Shown here in pieces: positions 16,534 through 25,301 of a stretch of DNA of 40,800 nt. The stretch spans positions 1-40,800 of the IMG/VR virus record IMGVR_UViG_3300048762_000046, one strand, 5' to 3'. Numbering within the stretch: the stretch's first letter is position 1; every line of letters begins with the position of its first letter. The stretch is from a virus. Lineage: Duplodnaviria > Caudoviricetes. Below the pieces are notes generated by a model. That model was not told the DNA's origin, ran no database searches, and saw nothing but the letters and a program-made list of their open reading frames with translations. A program made the position numbers and the translations under genes.

Positions 16534-17043
16534 ATGCCCACGGGGCAGCAGATCGTATCCGACGCCCTGACGATGCGCAGCCCACGAATCGACGGGACGG
16601 TGTTCGAGCTCCTCCTGTTTAAGATTCGCGTGGCCCAAGGTCCTGGCCCGGCTGGAGTTCCTTGCTGGGAATACACCAACAAGACGAACGAGAAGGGCTA
16701 CGGAATCATCCACATCAAGGGGACTGCCAGACTCGCGCACCGGATATCCTTCCAGATCTTCAACAATCGCGCGCCGGGGCCGATGCTCGATCACCTATGC
16801 AGGAATCGTCGATGCGTCAACCCCGATCACCTCGAGGAAGTATCCGCTCTGGAGAATTTCAAGCGCGGCATGGGGGCTGACGGCCTACGCCTTGGACCCA
16901 AAGTCTTCTCCTCTCGCACGAATTGCCCGCAAGGCCACCCGTACGACGGCGAGAACACTTACACCAAGCCTAACGGCCATCGTATTTGCCGTGCCTGCCG
17001 AAGGGAGGGAATGCGTGCCAACCGGACAGCAAATTGTCAGTAA
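16534..17043 (+). mobile_element. Free-standing HNH homing endonuclease fused to the captured N-terminus of the adaptor gene
   Basis: 'CWEY..KGYG..AHR..DHLCRNRRCVNPDHLEEV...EN' plus a 'CPQGHPY..ENTY...R.CRAC' module. The first 13 aa duplicate the start of the next gene. Confidence 0.9.
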
Positions 17044-17998
17044 CGCGCTAACGATTCTCGGGATTTTGGAGCAGGGGGGCACGCCTTCGGTATCCGATTC
17101 GATCGATTCTCTGAATCAACTGAACGTGTTCTGGGATAGTTGGGGCGCGGACGAGGGTCTGATCTATGCGCAGTACCCGGCGCGGCTGAACTGGGCGGCC
17201 ACCATTGCGGGGTACACGGTAGGCCCAGGCGGCGCCCTATCTCTGCCAAAACTTCCGGCGCGCATCTACAGACCGCACTGGGTAACCGTTTCTGGTGGCG
17301 CCATAAGCACCAGCTCGCTGGCCAGCGGAGGCACAGGGTACGCTGTCAGCGACACGGGCATCTTTCCGACCGGCGAAGGCACCAAGGCCACCTACACAGT
17401 TAACACTGTGGATGGCACGGGAGCAGTGCTCACGTTCACGGTGTCCTCCGCCGGCACGGGCTACAAGCCGCAGTATGGCGTCATGGGTCAGACCGCCGGC
17501 GCGCAGCCGGGCGTAGGCGTCGGGTTCGGCATCAACATCCTGACGGCTACCGCGCTCGCCACCAACCGGCAGGACCTGGACATGGTTCCGCCCGACCGCT
17601 ACTACGCCCACAATGACTTGGCGGCGAGCGCCGGGTTGCCCGACGAACTCTATCCCGACTACCTGCCCGACATCAACGGCTTCGCGCGGCTGTTCGTGTG
17701 GCCCATCCCGAGCGTGGCAGGGACGTTGGAGCTCGAGATCTCCGCGCCGTTCACCGCCTGGACGCTGGTGGACAATTACAGCATCCCCCAGGGATTCCAG
17801 GACGCTCTGGAACAGGCGCTGGCGTTCAGGCTGCTCGCCAGGTTCGGGGCCGCGGTGGCGCCCGAGGTGGCAGCCGTGGTGCAGGCGGTCGGGTCCAAGG
17901 CCGAGAATCGCATCCGCGAGATGAACCGGATCAATCGGCAGTTGCCGCCCGGGGCGGAGGCTGTACCAGCGCCGCCGTCCGCGCAAGGGGCCAAGTGA
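17015..17998 (+). CDS. P22 gp4-like head-to-tail adaptor, copy 1, with an inserted beta domain
   Basis: GGGAGGGA SD. 'QIVSNALTILGIL..GGTPS..D..D.L..LN...DSW', 'LFVWPIP', 'IPQGFQDAL...LAFRL'. Confidence 0.75.
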   Translation: MPTGQQIVSNALTILGILEQGGTPSVSDSIDSLNQLNVFWDSWGADEGLIYAQYPARLNWAATIAGYTVGPGGALSLPKLPARIYRPHWVTVSGGAISTSSLASGGTGYAVSDTGIFPTGEGTKATYTVNTVDGTGAVLTFTVSSAGTGYKPQYGVMGQTAGAQPGVGVGFGINILTATALATNRQDLDMVPPDRYYAHNDLAASAGLPDELYPDYLPDINGFARLFVWPIPSVAGTLELEISAPFTAWTLVDNYSIPQGFQDALEQALAFRLLARFGAAVAPEVAAVVQAVGSKAENRIREMNRINRQLPPGAEAVPAPPSAQGAK

Positions 17999-18252
17999 TG
18001 GCAATCGGCGGACCGAGCCTGGAACGCAGGATCCTGGAAGTCCAGGAGCAGCGCCGCCGACACGCCGAGAGGTTATCCGAGTCCGCCGAGAACATTCGTT
18101 TCCGCAACCGCCGCCAGCACTGGACTTCACCCGAACCCCGATCATTTCCCCAGTCAACATGGCCAGCCCTGGTAGATGCGATGCGCAGGTGGGGAGTTCC
18201 GGCAGGATTCCGGTCTACCCGCTGGTTTGAATCTGGGGGTAAGGGAGCATGA
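17998..18252 (+). CDS. Hypothetical protein
   Basis: TGATG coupling; MAIGGPSLERRIL... Confidence 0.55.
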   Translation: MAIGGPSLERRILEVQEQRRRHAERLSESAENIRFRNRRQHWTSPEPRSFPQSTWPALVDAMRRWGVPAGFRSTRWFESGGKGA

Positions 18253-18971
18253 TGCCCCTTTCCCACGCCCTGCGAATATTCGGGATAGCCGCGCTGGTTA
18301 TTGCGCATCCCCAGCAGACCCCGCAAGAGGCGCACGATGCTGCGGCTGCGGCTATCTACGCCCGGGCGGACGCTCTGCTGGGTCAGAACTCCTCTCCTTC
18401 GACCGCGATAGCATTTGGAGTCACGCTCCCTCAGACTTGCACCACCGGAGCGTTGTTTTTCCTCACGACTCCAGCAACACTGTACGGGTGCTCGGCAGGG
18501 ACATGGACTAGTTTTGGGCAGGGTGCCGGCCAAAACCTAACCGTCAAGACCGACGGCGTTGTTGTCGGAACGAGACCAGTGCAGAATTTCCAGGCCGGCG
18601 CCGGGATAGTTTCCGTCATGTCCGATTCCGGCTCTGAGATCAACATCGAGATAGCGGTCGATACGGCCATAGTCGAGACCCAGCAGAGAGCGCAGAGCGG
18701 GCAGGAGCTCCTGTGCGCCTCGGAAGGTGGCTCCGCCAGCGCATATTCCTGCAGGATGTCGCCCACTTCCGGGCCCTACGCAGTCGGGATGGTGCTCCAT
18801 TGGATTCCTGACGTTTCCGGCGCTGGCGGAGCGACTACCCTGGACGTAGACACGCTCGGGGCTGTTCCCGTGAAGCAATCAGACGGTTCCTCAGATCCAA
18901 CGAGCTCCGATATCGTGGGAGGCAGGCTTTCCCAGATCTGGTACGACGGGGGGGCGTTCAGACTGCAATGA
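18249..18971 (+). CDS. Signal-peptide-bearing tail-fibre-like protein
   Basis: Hydrophobic N-terminus; C-terminal 'AY..GM.L...GATTLDVDTLGA.PV...DIVGG....WYDG..FRL' fibre domain; Cys pairs. Confidence 0.7.
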   Translation: MMPLSHALRIFGIAALVIAHPQQTPQEAHDAAAAAIYARADALLGQNSSPSTAIAFGVTLPQTCTTGALFFLTTPATLYGCSAGTWTSFGQGAGQNLTVKTDGVVVGTRPVQNFQAGAGIVSVMSDSGSEINIEIAVDTAIVETQQRAQSGQELLCASEGGSASAYSCRMSPTSGPYAVGMVLHWIPDVSGAGGATTLDVDTLGAVPVKQSDGSSDPTSSDIVGGRLSQIWYDGGAFRLQ

Positions 18972-19768
18972 TTGTCGCCGATTACATTTCGATGGCGTTC
19001 CGCCAGTGCGGCCAGATGCGCCCAGGCTATATTCTGCCTCCTGAGTTCCTAGCAGAGGGCATGCAGCATTGGGCGGCGATGGTCGACGGCTACAACGCGC
19101 GCCGCACGATGGCGTACTCGATGCCAGACTATATCTACCCCGTGCCAGCCGGCGGCGGCCATGGCACGACCGGCAACGGCCAGACATTCGGGGGTTCGGG
19201 GTTCACGATTGGTCCCGCTGCGCCTGCTGACTTTCTTGGACCCCGCCCCGAAGCAATCGCGCGCTGCAATCTCTACCTGACCTCGGCCAGCCCGAGCACG
19301 CCAACCCGCATACCTCTCTCCCAATTGAGCATGGAGGAGTGGACGAGCATCGTCGCCCCCGTGTTTGCCCCGATCAACGTAGCCACCTGCTTCTGTTATG
19401 ACCCGCAGTTCCCAAATGGCGTGCTCTGGGTCTGGCCGCCGCTCAACGGCAACTCGCTCGAAATCTTCACGTGGGGCTTCCTGACACCTCCGACCTCGCT
19501 GGCCGCCACGTTCTCAGCGCCGCCAGGTTACACGGACGTTGTGATCTGGGATTTGGCCCGGAGACTGTGGCCGCTCTGTACCAAAGACCTGATGCCCCAC
19601 AGAGTTTCTCACCAGTGGCTCTGCGGGCAAGCAGCAATTGCGCGCAAGGCAGTGCAGGACGTGAACCGCCCGATGCCGCGGCTGGCGACTGACTTCCGCG
19701 GCGGCCTGCACCACAACACGGCGGGGGCGTCGGATTGGGCACTCCTATTATCCGGTGTTCCTTATTGA
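18968..19768 (+). CDS. P22 gp4-like head-to-tail adaptor, copy 2
   Basis: 'DYISMAFRQCGQM..G', 'YDPQFPNGVLWVWPP', 'PPGYTDVVIWDLARRL'; same motif order as copy 1. Confidence 0.7.
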   Translation: MIVADYISMAFRQCGQMRPGYILPPEFLAEGMQHWAAMVDGYNARRTMAYSMPDYIYPVPAGGGHGTTGNGQTFGGSGFTIGPAAPADFLGPRPEAIARCNLYLTSASPSTPTRIPLSQLSMEEWTSIVAPVFAPINVATCFCYDPQFPNGVLWVWPPLNGNSLEIFTWGFLTPPTSLAATFSAPPGYTDVVIWDLARRLWPLCTKDLMPHRVSHQWLCGQAAIARKAVQDVNRPMPRLATDFRGGLHHNTAGASDWALLLSGVPY

Positions 19769-19790
19769 GTTTACATACTATAATGAATAC

Positions 19791-20381
19791 ATGGAACTTA
19801 ACCAACGAGAAGGGCTACTCGAAAACTTCGGGCGGCTCTACCATGTATCAACAGACCAATTCCACAACGGGACCCCTTGCTGGATTTGGGATGGAGCTAC
19901 CAAGACTAAATCCAGGTACGGGTCTTTCGGGTTTGGAAAGAGATCATTCTCGGTACCGGCCCACTGCGCCGCTTGGAGATTGTTGCGAGGGGAAGTCCCT
20001 GCTGGACTCCAACTCGATCACTTATGCCGCCGAAGGAACTGTGTCAACCCAGAACACCTCGAGCCTGTCACGTGTGGCGAGAACATCCGCCGCGGCGATG
20101 CACCGAAGTTGGCCGGCACTTGGCAGAGGGCGCGCACTCATTGCCCACAAGGCCACGAGTACAGCATCGAGAACACCTATCGACACCCAGGGACCAACTA
20201 CCGAAGCTGCCGGATCTGCCGAGAGTCACGGGAGCGCGCCAAACTCAAAAGACGAACAACCAAGACCCACTGCGCCAAAGGCCACGAGTTCACACCGCAA
20301 ACTACGTACATTGAAAAGCACGGGTGGAGATCTTGCCAGATTTGTAGAGACATCCGCAATGGGAAGCACACGCTAACATGA
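19791..20381 (+). mobile_element. Free-standing HNH homing endonuclease with two C-terminal THC..GH..C..C modules
   Basis: 'CWIWDG...YG.F..AH...LDHLCRRRNCVNPEHLEPVT..EN'; TATAAT 6 nt upstream of ATG 19791; lower GC. Confidence 0.9.
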
Positions 20382-22606
20382 AACTCACTCTCTCTCTCTT
20401 CCTCACGACCGCCGCACTGATGGCCCAGCCGACCCTTCCCAACGCTGTGCCGATGCCGAATCCCGAGATCCAGTACCTGGACGCGGCAGGCAATCCCCTG
20501 GCCGGCGGGAAACTCTGCACGTACGCGGCGGGAACCAGCACGCCGTTGGCGACATACACCGACTCGACCGCGGGAACGCCCAACACGAACCCGGTCACGC
20601 TGAACACCGCCGGCCGCGCGAGCGTCTGGGTCGGCCCGGCGCTCTACAAGTTCGTGCTGCGCACTGGAGGCAGCGCCTACCCGGCGTCGGACGCCTGCAC
20701 CACCGGAACGATTCAGTGGACGCAAGACAACGTGAGCGACACCACGCTCTACTTTGCGAATTACGTCAAGACGGTGGGGACCTGTACCCTCATCACATTC
20801 ACGGCGACCGGCACCGGAGCGGTGGCGCGGACGTGCAGCTCCAAGCTATCCGACCTGATAAGCCTGGGGGACTACGGAGCGGTGGGAGACGGGACAGCCG
20901 ATGACGCCGTGGCCCTGCAGAAGGCTCTCGACGCCGCTTACGCAGCCGGCCCCGGTGCAACCGTGATCGCTCCTCCCGGCCTGACGTACGCGAGTTCGGC
21001 CACCCTCACATTGCGTGGGGGGACAGCCTCCTGGGGTATAAACTACAAATTCACCGGGACGGCGGACGGTTTCCTCGTCAGCGGCAACGGAGCTACGATC
21101 CATGGCGGGAAGATCGACGTGTCGGCGAGCGCCGGTACGCTGGCAGTTCTCGACCCGGTTGGAAACGACGGGTTCACTATGGAGGGAGTCACAATCCATG
21201 GAGCCGAGACTGACACAACTTCGAGTGGCCTCGTTGATCTCTACGGGGCCAACGCCACCGTAACTGGGAACACGTTCGACAATTCTTCAGTCCTGTACCT
21301 GGCCGGTAACAACGTCAGGGTTTCCGGAAACATCTGGACCAATTATCGCTCTGGGATCTATGCCCAGGGCGGATCGGGCGGAATCATCGAGGGAAATCGG
21401 TTCGTGTCAGTTGGAGGTTCCGGATACCACGCCGGTTCTGATTCTATTGTAACGGAAGGCGTTCAGAACTACTCCGTCATCGGGAACCTTATCTTCAACG
21501 CCCGAGAGCACGGGATGTATTTTAGCGGAGCTAACCAGCACGTCACTGTGTCAGGGAACACAATCTACAATTTCAGCCCAGGGAGATTCGCGGGCTGCGC
21601 TGGAATAAAGGTACAGCAGGAGACCGGACCAACGAGAATCGCCAACGATGTAACTATCATTGGCAACACGGTTACGCTAAACCCTGCAGATGCGGGACAG
21701 GCCCAGTACGGAATCCTCATCGTTGGGTGCGATGGCTGCACGGTCAGCGGAAATACTACTCATCACTTGAACCTCGGCATCTATGTCACGATGGCAAACA
21801 CGATCACCATCGCCAATAATGTGGCAAATTACAACGGTGCAGCGGGGATCTATCTCAACGATCTCTACGGGCCAATCGTGGCAGCTACGATAACCGGGAA
21901 CGAAACCTTCAACAATGCCCAAGCGCTTGATTTCGCGGGCATCGAGATAAACCTGAACGGAGGTTTCTCCAACAGCCTGATAACCGCATCCGGGAATCAA
22001 ACAGGTGACACACAATCATCTCACACGCAAACCAGAGGGTTCCTCGTTCATGCCGTGTCGGGGGGATCAACGATTGACAATATATACCTGTTCTCCAACT
22101 TTGGAATTGGCGGGACGCTATACACGGGACTGACGACAGCGCCGGTATACATATTCGATCAGCACTTAACCGCCTTTGCCCCAACGGACAGCAACCCGTG
22201 GGCCTCGGGGACGTTCCAAGTCAGGGCGCGATCAGACCAAGGCGCATCTCGCGTGTTCGACGTGATTTACCCTGGGGCGACAAACGACACGCTGACTTAC
22301 TTGGGATCATTCAACGCCGGGGCCGACGTGACGCTCGGGGAAACGGCGCTCAACATTTTTGCATTCCCCTCGGCTACCGGAGCGAACAGGTATATCGACC
22401 TAGAGGCGTCGGACGGTCTTCCAGGAGCGCTGTATCGCACCATAAGGCTGAATGGAAGAGGGGGGCTTGTGCAAACAGGAGCCGGATTAGCGGTTGGAAG
22501 CGGCGGGACTGCTGGATACGCCGCCTGCTACATCGCAGACGGAAAGACTCTCGGCCACTGCACCACAGCGGTGGGCAGCAGCGGGGCCTGCACCTGCACA
22601 AACTGA
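20378..22606 (+). CDS. Tailspike/depolymerase with a right-handed beta-helix and N-terminal signal peptide
   Basis: 'QYLDAAGNPLAGGKL.TY.AGTSTP.ATY.D..G..NTNPV.L..GRA.VW..YKFVL' particle-binding domain; 'DYGAVGDGTADDAVALQKALDA' pectate-lyase-3-type start; many 'V.GN' repeats. Confidence 0.88.
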   Translation: MKLTLSLFLTTAALMAQPTLPNAVPMPNPEIQYLDAAGNPLAGGKLCTYAAGTSTPLATYTDSTAGTPNTNPVTLNTAGRASVWVGPALYKFVLRTGGSAYPASDACTTGTIQWTQDNVSDTTLYFANYVKTVGTCTLITFTATGTGAVARTCSSKLSDLISLGDYGAVGDGTADDAVALQKALDAAYAAGPGATVIAPPGLTYASSATLTLRGGTASWGINYKFTGTADGFLVSGNGATIHGGKIDVSASAGTLAVLDPVGNDGFTMEGVTIHGAETDTTSSGLVDLYGANATVTGNTFDNSSVLYLAGNNVRVSGNIWTNYRSGIYAQGGSGGIIEGNRFVSVGGSGYHAGSDSIVTEGVQNYSVIGNLIFNAREHGMYFSGANQHVTVSGNTIYNFSPGRFAGCAGIKVQQETGPTRIANDVTIIGNTVTLNPADAGQAQYGILIVGCDGCTVSGNTTHHLNLGIYVTMANTITIANNVANYNGAAGIYLNDLYGPIVAATITGNETFNNAQALDFAGIEINLNGGFSNSLITASGNQTGDTQSSHTQTRGFLVHAVSGGSTIDNIYLFSNFGIGGTLYTGLTTAPVYIFDQHLTAFAPTDSNPWASGTFQVRARSDQGASRVFDVIYPGATNDTLTYLGSFNAGADVTLGETALNIFAFPSATGANRYIDLEASDGLPGALYRTIRLNGRGGLVQTGAGLAVGSGGTAGYAACYIADGKTLGHCTTAVGSSGACTCTN

Positions 22607-22607
22607 C

Positions 22608-24221
22608 ATGAGCCAAATATTCGGAGGTTTCGTCGGCCCGAGTTACCAGTCAGCGGACAGATACGCGACCGTCGAGCGCACCGTCAACTGGCACCTGGCG
22701 GCCAACGAAGCTCCCGGAGAAGAGTCCAAGTTTCGCCTTGCGCTAGAACCGGCCCCAGGAAATCAGCCGTTCGGCACGCTCCCGGTACCCGCGCCATTCA
22801 ACCAGCCGAATCGAGGGCTGTTGGAGTTGCGCGGGCGCGCTTTCGGGGTAAACGGCACCAAAGTATTTGAGATCACGTCGACGGGGGATTACATTCTCAT
22901 CGGATCGGTGGCGAACGACGGGAAGCCATGCTCCATGGTGGCTAACGGAACGGGGCAGATTTTCATTGCGAGCGCCACCCACGGGTATGTGATTCCCAAA
23001 GGAGCCCTGCCCGGGTCTCTTGTTGAAGTTCCCGTCGACGCCCTGAATGGCCCCTTCTTTGGGGCGTCTTACGCCACCTTCCAGGACGGGTATATCATCG
23101 TCATCACGCCGAACTCGAACCAGTTCCAGATCAGCGGCGACGATAACACGCCCCTGGGAGATGCCACTATCTGGAGCGCAGCCAACGTGAGCGTGCAGGC
23201 CGGCCAGGCGGATCTCCTGGTAGCCGCCATCTCATCGCGCGAGTACCTGCGGCTGTTAGGCGCGCGCCGGTCGCAGATCTACCAGGACGTGGGATCCAGC
23301 GGAATAGGAGCGTTCCCATTCCAGTCCTACAACGAGACCTTCATCGAGACCGGCTGTGCGGCTCCTTTCAGCATCGTGGACATGGTGGAATCGCTGATGT
23401 GGATCGGCGAGGACGCGCGCGGGCAGCGCGCCTGCTGGCGCGATACGGCCTTCCAGCCGCAGCGCGTGAGCACGTTCGCCGTGGAGCAGATCTGGCAGTC
23501 CTACGTCAGCGTGACGGACGCCGTGGCGTTCCCGTACATCTGGAATGGCCACCTGATCTACCGCATTACGTTCCCGAGCGCCTACGAGAGTGCGACTCGC
23601 TTCCCGCTGGGCGCTTCACAGGGGGCGTTCACTGCGGCGACGTGGGAGTACGACGCCACGGTATCGGCGCTGCTGGGCCGCCCCGTATGGTGCGAGCGCG
23701 CCTACCAGACGGCCATGGGCTACGCCGTCGGGCGCCCTGAGCTTTTCCACTGCTACTGCTACGGGAAGCACCTGGTGGGCAGCGGCGGAGCGGATGGCAA
23801 TCCCGGCGCGATCTACCAGATGGGGCAGGCTCCCACGACGAACCCGAACCCGCAGATCCTGCTGCGATGGTCGAACGATGGCGGCAATACCTGGGGCGTC
23901 GAGCAGAACATCCCCATAGGCGTGCAAGGGAACTACACCCAGCGAATCTACTGGAATCGCTGCGGGTATGCCCGCGACCGCGTGTTCTGGCTTCGTTACG
24001 CTGAAGAGACCGAGTGCGGCACGGACATCACCGGCGCGCAGTCTCGCCAGGCGGTGGTGCGGGACCGAATCGCAGCACACCTCTGGGCGAACAACAAACG
24101 GCGCATCTACAACCGCTTCGAGCTGGAGTCCAGCCGGGGAATCGGCGCGAGCGGCGCGGCGGGGCCATTCACGTTTGGCATCGTCAACGCCATACTGGAC
24201 GTTACGGAGTGTGCTTCGTGA
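22608..24221 (+). CDS. P22 gp10-like tail hub / packaged-DNA stabilisation protein
   Basis: 'GFVGPSYQS', 'FQDGY.I', 'IETGCAAPFS', 'QRVSTFAVEQ', 'TWEYD', 'LRWSNDGGNTW'. Confidence 0.85.
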   Translation: MSQIFGGFVGPSYQSADRYATVERTVNWHLAANEAPGEESKFRLALEPAPGNQPFGTLPVPAPFNQPNRGLLELRGRAFGVNGTKVFEITSTGDYILIGSVANDGKPCSMVANGTGQIFIASATHGYVIPKGALPGSLVEVPVDALNGPFFGASYATFQDGYIIVITPNSNQFQISGDDNTPLGDATIWSAANVSVQAGQADLLVAAISSREYLRLLGARRSQIYQDVGSSGIGAFPFQSYNETFIETGCAAPFSIVDMVESLMWIGEDARGQRACWRDTAFQPQRVSTFAVEQIWQSYVSVTDAVAFPYIWNGHLIYRITFPSAYESATRFPLGASQGAFTAATWEYDATVSALLGRPVWCERAYQTAMGYAVGRPELFHCYCYGKHLVGSGGADGNPGAIYQMGQAPTTNPNPQILLRWSNDGGNTWGVEQNIPIGVQGNYTQRIYWNRCGYARDRVFWLRYAEETECGTDITGAQSRQAVVRDRIAAHLWANNKRRIYNRFELESSRGIGASGAAGPFTFGIVNAILDVTECAS

Positions 24222-24231
24222 GTCTGCTCGG

Positions 24232-25275
24232 ATGAACGCCAACATTCCAAGCTCAAACTTGGCTCCTCCCCCGAAATTTGCATCCTTGTCCACCGGCCAG
24301 GGTCCGGCGACCGTTGACGACTGGATGCAGTTCATCCGGTGGCTGTATCAGCTCTACGGGCGCACAGTAGAGAACATCAACGCGCCGCAGAGCATCGCTT
24401 TCAACGCGCCATCCGGACCCGCGATCTCGGCCGATGCCATCGTGGCTCAGGCGCAAGTGCTCCGGCAGGGGCCGATTCCCGGCCGCGCCGCATCCGAAGC
24501 GATGCTGGGCGCCCCGCCTCCTCCGCAGCACGCCAACGAACTGGACGCTCTCGTTACTCTGGCCTTGACGCGCAATCCGCAGCGTAACCCGTCGCTTTCA
24601 TCCCTGGTGATCGAGGACACGCACTCGAACCGCTCGCTTTATCCGGCGACCAGCTACTCCATCGGAACGCTGTACTGGGAGACCGACCGCACAGTCTGGT
24701 ACCTGGTGGCGCTCGTCGGCGGAGTGAACGTTTGGATCTACGCAAGCGGCGAGTTTCGGGACGTTCAGGCGAGTCTTCCATCCGACCTGGGCGTGAACGA
24801 TGCCGGTTTCCTGTTCCAGGTATCGGACTACAATCACCGTCTGAGGTGGAGCGGCACAATCTGGGGATGGGCTGGAGGCGAGATCGGAAGCTGCTACATG
24901 CAGCTTTTCGAGGTGGACCCGAGCCCCGCGGCTGGATGGCACCTGTATGACGGTTCGACCGTCAACTATCTGCGGAGCGTCGGAACGCTGGGCAGCGTCA
25001 CCCTTCCGGACCTGACCAGCACGGCGGCGAAAGCGGCGTATCCCAAGGCCGGATCGGCGGATGCCGGGCCGACTGCGGCGATAGCGCCCACTTTCGCCGG
25101 CACAACGGACAATACGGGCGTCAACACGATGTCGATTTTGGTGATTCCTGCGCCTACGGGGCTTTCGGACTTCCTGGCGGGCGACAACCACACGCACCCG
25201 TTCACGCCAGCGGGCACAGTTTCGGCCACGGGCGAGCCTCGCAGCATTGAGCGGCGCCCGTTCTTTAGGATGTAG
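24232..25275 (+). CDS. Tail protein following gp10 (needle/fibre-like)
   Basis: 'W.QF.RWLYQLY.R' N-terminal motif; 'GTLYWETDR' repeat; collar-like 'GWHLYDG...TLPDL'. Confidence 0.65.
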   Translation: MNANIPSSNLAPPPKFASLSTGQGPATVDDWMQFIRWLYQLYGRTVENINAPQSIAFNAPSGPAISADAIVAQAQVLRQGPIPGRAASEAMLGAPPPPQHANELDALVTLALTRNPQRNPSLSSLVIEDTHSNRSLYPATSYSIGTLYWETDRTVWYLVALVGGVNVWIYASGEFRDVQASLPSDLGVNDAGFLFQVSDYNHRLRWSGTIWGWAGGEIGSCYMQLFEVDPSPAAGWHLYDGSTVNYLRSVGTLGSVTLPDLTSTAAKAAYPKAGSADAGPTAAIAPTFAGTTDNTGVNTMSILVIPAPTGLSDFLAGDNHTHPFTPAGTVSATGEPRSIERRPFFRM

Positions 25276-25301
25276 GGGTATGATGAACTTGGGGGTGAGA
25301 A

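Noticed and set aside
16534-17043. Group I intron or intein carrying the HNH
   Set aside because: The insert is ORF from end to end, with no room for a ribozyme core and no intein termini. The downstream gene has its own SD and start.
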